This document shows, piece by piece, positions 8,520 through 13,209 of a stretch of 13,209 nt of DNA. The position numbers and the translations under genes are program-made. How positions within the stretch are numbered: position 1 is the stretch's first letter; every line of letters begins with the position of its first letter. Source of the stretch: Amoeboradix gromovi X-113 (lineage: Eukaryota > Fungi > Sanchytriomycota); assembly GCA_018985225.1 (NCBI GenBank), contig JADGIF010000239.1:1-13209 (forward strand), given 5' to 3'. Below the pieces are notes generated by a model. The model did not search any database, was not told the DNA's origin, and worked only from the letters and a program-made list of their open reading frames with translations.

Positions 8520-8700
8520 CTCATGAAGAAGCAAAACAAGAGCTCTTTATATAGAGTATGCGAAGAATCCTATTGGTTTTCTTCAGCGGCTCTTTCGGCT
8601 GTGCTAACTGCAATTGGCATAGCAAGTACCTTTTTAGTAATTTCTGTTATCGCAATACACGTTTGTAGCAGATGTCCCGCCAAAGAAGTTCATGTACATA
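8520..8700 (-). pseudogene. Possible degenerate hAT transposase C-terminal dimerisation-domain relic
   Basis: The minus strand reads ITEITKKVLAMPIAVSTAERA (8650-8588), resembling the hAT L..lA.kvLsiP.ts...ER.FS motif. It is flanked by in-frame stops. Confidence 0.35.
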
Positions 8701-8855
8701 TCATATCCATGTTTTATAGAATTCCCTCGTTTACTGTGTACTTTAAAATTTTCACAATGATCTTTTAGGCTTTCATTGCCATAGCTTGAGTACCGTTTGA
8801 TTGGGCATATTCTTTTTGTCATCTGCATTTACCCCAAGTTTACTTTTCATAGAGC

Positions 8856-9808
8856 ATGTCCCATATGTCTGCTCAATCTTTGGATAATTATTTGGAACTT
8901 TTGATGAAGAAGAAACTGCTAAATGAGGAGCAAATACAAGAAATATATTATATATCCAGGGAGATATTCATAAATGAAAGCAATGTGCAACCACTTTCCT
9001 CCCCAATAACTATCTGTGGTGATATTCATGGCCAGTATTATGATTTACTGGAACTATTCTTAGCTGGCGGCAACTGCCCTTTTACTAATTATTTATTTCT
9101 AGGTGATTATGTTGACCGAGGCTATGATTCCGTGGAAACAATTCTTTTGTTGTTATGCTTGAAATGCAGATACCCAGATAGGATAACCTTAGTTCGTGGC
9201 AATCACGAAAGCAGACAAATCACGTCTATATATGGGTTTTATGATGAATGTATTCGCAAATTTGGCAGTAATCATTTATTCATGTAGATGCCAATGTCTG
9301 GCGAATCGTTTGCGATTTATTTGACTTGTTACCAATTGGTGCCACAATAAACAATGAGATACTCTGTGTACACGGCGGATTATCCCCAGCCATTCAAAAA
9401 ATAGATCATATCCGATTAATAGATCGCAAATGCGAAGTACCTCAAACTGGACCATTTAGTGACTTGCTATGGAGTGACCCAGATGACTCTGAAAAAGGAT
9501 GGAGACAGTCATCAAGAGGTGCAGGCTATGTCTTTGGTGAGGACGTGACTAAGAAGTTTCTTCACCAAAACAAAATTCAATACATTGCTAGAGCACATCA
9601 ACTTGTAATGGAAGGTTACAAAGAGCATTTCAATGGACAAGTTATAACTATATGGAGCGCTCCTAATTATTGCTATCGCTGTGGAAATGTGGCAAGCATT
9701 TTGCAACTAGATGAACATTTGAAAAAGGATTACATTATATTTAAAGAAGCACCGGAGAACGTCAAAAATTCTCAGTCGAAAGCCATAGTTCCAGAGTACT
9801 TTTTGTGA
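8856..9808 (+). CDS. PPP4C: Ser/Thr protein phosphatase 4 catalytic subunit, join(8856..9267,9288..9808), 310 aa
   Basis: PPP motifs GDIHGQ, GDYVDRG, RGNHE, HGGLSP and [13 protein letters not shown]4-type C-terminus ([12 protein letters not shown]...EYFL). Removing the 20-nt GT-AG intron restores [20 protein letters not shown]. Confidence 0.93.
9268..9287 (+). other. 20-nt spliceosomal intron GTAATCATTTATTCATGTAG
   Basis: GT...AG ends, contains the in-frame stop, and excision gives a gap-free match to the conserved PPP sequence. Confidence 0.92.
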
Positions 9809-10017
9809 AGTAAACTAGTTTAATGTAATGGATACTCTATCTACTTCGTCTCAAAAAGAGCTTATCATTTGCGGGAGACTTGCCAAACAAAACAATTTCG
9901 TCTTGTGGTTCCATTAATTTCCGTAACTTTTGTACAGGGTCAAGTAGTATTGTTAGTTTGTCTCTCGAAGTTCTTAGTTTACTAGTAGAGAATTACTCTT
10001 AATGAGGATAATAACCT

Positions 10018-10450
10018 ATTATTTCTTTCAACTCAGGTACACCCTTAACAAATCATTATTTTAACAGCATGCAGTCACTCTTTCGTATTCTGAAGCATTC
10101 AAAGGCCCAATGCACGGCATTAATCGATTGTTGTTGATTTACGACATTAAAATTTATGCATCCATGAAATCGAGCTAGAGCAGAAGGTTATTGCAACACA
10201 TATCACAAGCTTGAGAAAAAAAGCAGTAGATATTAAGCAGTGGCTACCTTTCGGAACCATCATGAGCATTAATTGAAATATTTATCGAAAGAGGATCTGT
10301 TTCTGATTGAACATCTTGCAAATATAGTAAGAGATGTAGTTCCAGCACTATGTTGTATTAGTAACAGAGAGTGTAAACACAGTTTTTTAATTTTACGATG
10401 CGAAACTAGCATTGTACAACTTATTTGATGAAGCAATAAAAGGGTATAAC
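10018..10450 (+). pseudogene. Possible highly degenerate hAT-like (DDE) transposase relic
   Basis: Ordered fragments across stops and frameshifts: IISFNSG (D-motif-like), GPMHGINRLL (CxxH-like, 10104-10133), DIKQWLPF (TRW-like) and LSKEDLFLIEHLANIVRDVVPALCCIS (like LseeDW..le.l..iL.pf..at..lS). Confidence 0.35.
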
Positions 10451-10632
10451 TATGGACTGAATAAATTTGGTCAATTTAATTGCCCAAACTTTGAAATATG
10501 GCACCAGAAAATTCTTTATTTGCAAACAGGGAAACGTAGAACTTCAATTTTTAAACACGCCATTAATTGTAATTTTTTGAATATCTTTTATAGTCAGTTA
10601 TTTAGCATTTAACGCAATTTGTGAAGAAGGAT

Positions 10633-11767
10633 ATGCACGATTTGTTTAAAGTTACAAGCTGTCGAATATTTTCTAGAACTACAACTGGTGGATCCCTTTA
10701 AACTCTACGATTGGAATTTTCGGCGATAATACTTTTATTTGCTCTATTGGTTGTCCTAATTTCCCTATCAGCAATGAATTTGTCATGTGCCATATTCTAA
10801 CTGCGAGTCAATTCCTTTAGTTGTGAAATCGTCTTTCTTAACAATGTTTGACTCTATTTTTCCAGATCAGCTAAAAACATACAGAGAACAGCCTGTTGCT
10901 TCGAAGATTTTTGCAGATTATATACCAATAAATAGTGTTCGAACTCCTAAAAGAATGAAATTAAAGCAAGCCAGTTGGAATTCGATTTTGTTTAGTTTGG
11001 GCTCTGTTAAACTACATAAGTCCAAGTACTATTTCACTTGTACTAAATGCCATTCTGTCATACCATATGAATTTGCCGAAATATCTGGCCATTTGAGCCT
11101 TTGCAATTCCTCAAACGACGCGAAACTGTTTATATCTAACCACCCTGTAAGTTGTAAGCAGAGCCGTCCGAAAATGTCTGTATTGATTACCCAGGATGAT
11201 TTGTCTATCAAAAATTCCAAGCCGAGATTAAAAATAAAAAGATCAAGTAGCTGCGATGAATCTATCATCTCAAATTATTACACAAAGGGAATAAACATGG
11301 TAAATCCGCGCCAAAGAACCAGATCTCGGAAATCTTTATTTTTTACAAATTTAAAAAAGAATCCTTCTACAGCTGTTAAATATCCTTCACCTGTTGAAAT
11401 GTCACAGCCAGTATTATATTTTGATGGCTTTTTGGATAAGTTTGGGTTCTTTCCAAGTAATCATGAGTTCGTTTGCTTTAAATGTAAATCTAATCTGCAT
11501 TCAAGGCTACCTCGTGTATTCTTAGTTCATTTATTGTCTTGCCTGACTGATGCCTTGCAAAAGACAGATTTAATTTTAAAATATGATGCGAGATACCCTA
11601 ATATGATCGAAGACATAGTTACTAGATTTGACGAGAAATGCCTGGTTAGGTCACTGTCAGATGTAAGCTATTTAGAGTTGCTAGAGTTTATTAAAAAAGT
11701 GAAGGCCGTTGGACATCAAGTTGACCAGAATGAAAACACGCCACCAGCTCCTACAAGTAGAAAATAA
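10633..11767 (+). CDS. Protein with three C2HC (BED-like) zinc-finger repeats; predicted 26-nt intron 10651..10676 and apparent -1 frameshift at ~10802
   Basis: The main ORF contains CTKC...HLSLC (11039-11104) and CFKC...HLLSC (11474-11542). A third similar repeat (GIFGDNTFICSIGC...CHILT/C) lies upstream in another frame. The stop overlaps AATAAA. The 5' structure is inferred. Confidence 0.65.
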
Positions 11768-11793
11768 AGCCGTTTATTCATCTTTACCTTGGG

Positions 11794-12958
11794 TTACTGA
11801 TCTCCAGATGCTATGTCCAGTAGCTGCTCTTTAATTCGCTGATTCATCGTTCTAATTTGATCTACAAACAGTTGCAATTCAAGAGCCTGCTGCTTTGCGT
11901 TATTCATAGCTTTCAACATTTTATCGAAGTGCTTTTGATCATCCATTCCCCACGATATGCTGGTCGATCTTTTGATTTTTAGTTCTAATTTCTTTAATTT
12001 TTCCATTCTCTTTCTTCTTTCATCATCTTTAGTCCCCTTACGTTCTTTGAACTCACTATACCTAAGTTAACTTATTAAAATACAATTCTGACATATGAAT
12101 GCCTATAATTGTTGTCGGGAAGCCAAGGCACAGCGCACCGCAAAACATGGTCAATGCACCAAAAAATTTGCCAGATCCGCTTGTTGGGTACATGTCACCA
12201 TATCCTACAGTGCAGAGCGTTACTATAGCCCACCACAATGCATGCGGAATCGATTGAAATTGAGACGCGCTTCCTTTCAGTACGCCGTCAGTATAATACC
12301 AAATTCCATCATCTGATCTTTCACTTATAGACTGCTCGCAAAAGTATACAAAACTAGCAGATATGAACATCAAATTTATCATTAAGAAAAGTAATAAATA
12401 AACACCGTCTTTAGATCTCTTAAGGGCATTAGCCAAAATAACAACTTGTTGAGCATTCTTGTGTGCCTTGAATAACCTAAAAACTCTAAATAATCTTACT
12501 ACTCTAATAACTGCCATACTAGAAGCATTAGAATCAGCAAGAATTAATTCGATGAAAAACGGTAAAATGGCTATTACATCGATAATCCAGGAAGGCTGGG
12601 TTACTAAACGAGGTAAGTACTTGTAATTAGGGCAACTGAGCGTGCGCAGAAGGTATTCAAATAGAAATATTATCGTAAAAGACATTTCAAAATTAAAAAA
12701 TGTATTTTGTTCAGCAGTGGTATTGCTGAGATCATAAACGGTTTGCAGAACTAGAGAAGCCACACTTCCGATTATCACGAAAGTCATCAGAACGCTCCAT
12801 ATGTAGGCATATGTTGAGTAAGTCGGTTCTGTCAAGAATTTGAAAACACGTTTTCTTAAAGATGTTCCAAACGTGTCATTAGGACTAAGCTGGAATTCCT
12901 TGTTCATTTCTTCTTCCCATTCTTTTAAAGTCAAATTATTAAGAATAACCGCAGTCAT
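11794..12958 (-). CDS. Voltage-gated potassium channel (6-TM Kv-like), join(complement 12084..12958, 11794..12061), 380 aa
   Basis: S4 segment VIRVVRLFRVFRLFK and pore SIPHALWWAIVTLCTVGYGDMYP. The 22-nt intron joins the 298-aa ORF in frame to the 70-aa ORF, giving a coiled-coil tail. Confidence 0.93.
12062..12083 (-). other. 22-nt spliceosomal intron GTATTTTAATAAGTTAACTTAG
   Basis: GT...AG ends with a TTAAC branch-like motif next to the acceptor. Excision gives MSELYSEFKERKG...RMEKLKK, in frame with 11794..12006. Confidence 0.85.
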
Positions 12959-13006
12959 TGATTTAGGTGGCTTTTTTACTATTGAGATAACATGATTTGA
13001 AAAGAG

Positions 13007-13209
13007 GTAAAATGGGCCACACTCTCCAACAGCTAGTCAAACTTTGAAAACAAATATCGAAAGATAGTCATGCAGAAATATCCCGTATTCTAATACTTGG
13101 GCAACACTTTGTTAAGAGTTTCTCTTCTTTGCTTCAAAGTCTTCATTTTCATGCTGCAGCATTCTTTGTGATAAACCTTGAAACCCCAAAGCAGCCTTTT
13201 TCCTGCTAT
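13007..13209 (-). repeat. Repeat copy B (inverted copy of 7499..7701, truncated by the window edge)
   Basis: 202/203 identity to copy A. Similarity ends sharply after ...GTGTGGCCCATTTTAC. Confidence 0.97.

Noticed and set aside
8232-8768. 178-aa + strand ORF
   Set aside because: TTG start, no family motif and no AATAAA at the stop. Better explained as the antisense shadow of a relic.
8838-8852. Possible 15-nt 5' UTR intron before PP4 (GTTTACTTTTCATAG), and a similar 17-nt one before MRPL16 (7176-7192)
   Set aside because: There is no reading-frame constraint to test them, and they are shorter than the supported introns; RNA data are needed.
10412-10612. 66-aa + strand ORF
   Set aside because: TTG start; probably the tail of the degenerate transposase-like region.
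1-13209. tRNA, rRNA, CRISPR array, prokaryotic operon or alternative genetic code
   Set aside because: None seen. Conserved genes end at TAA, TAG or TGA normally, and their internal stops are explained by GT-AG introns.

Overview
Gene-dense, AT-rich eukaryotic nuclear DNA using the standard code. The organism has a translating mitochondrion (nuclear uL16m) and very small spliceosomal introns; a compact early-diverging fungus or holomycotan parasite is a guess only. Recognisable genes are Bax inhibitor-1, an ALKBH1-like dioxygenase, mitochondrial ribosomal protein L16, the PP4 catalytic subunit (20-nt intron) and a 6-TM voltage-gated K+ channel (22-nt intron). The most striking unexplained feature is a GC-rich, intronless ~724-aa gene (1075..3249, -). 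By eye it joins a SAP/HeH-like module, a chromodomain, an NLS and a degenerate Hsp70/actin-like ATPase fold. Other notable features are a near-perfect >=203-bp inverted repeat (7499..7701 / 13007..13209) bracketing ~5.3 kb, a frameshifted triple C2HC zinc-finger gene, two possible hAT transposase relics and a hairpin cluster. All domain calls were made by eye, without database searches.
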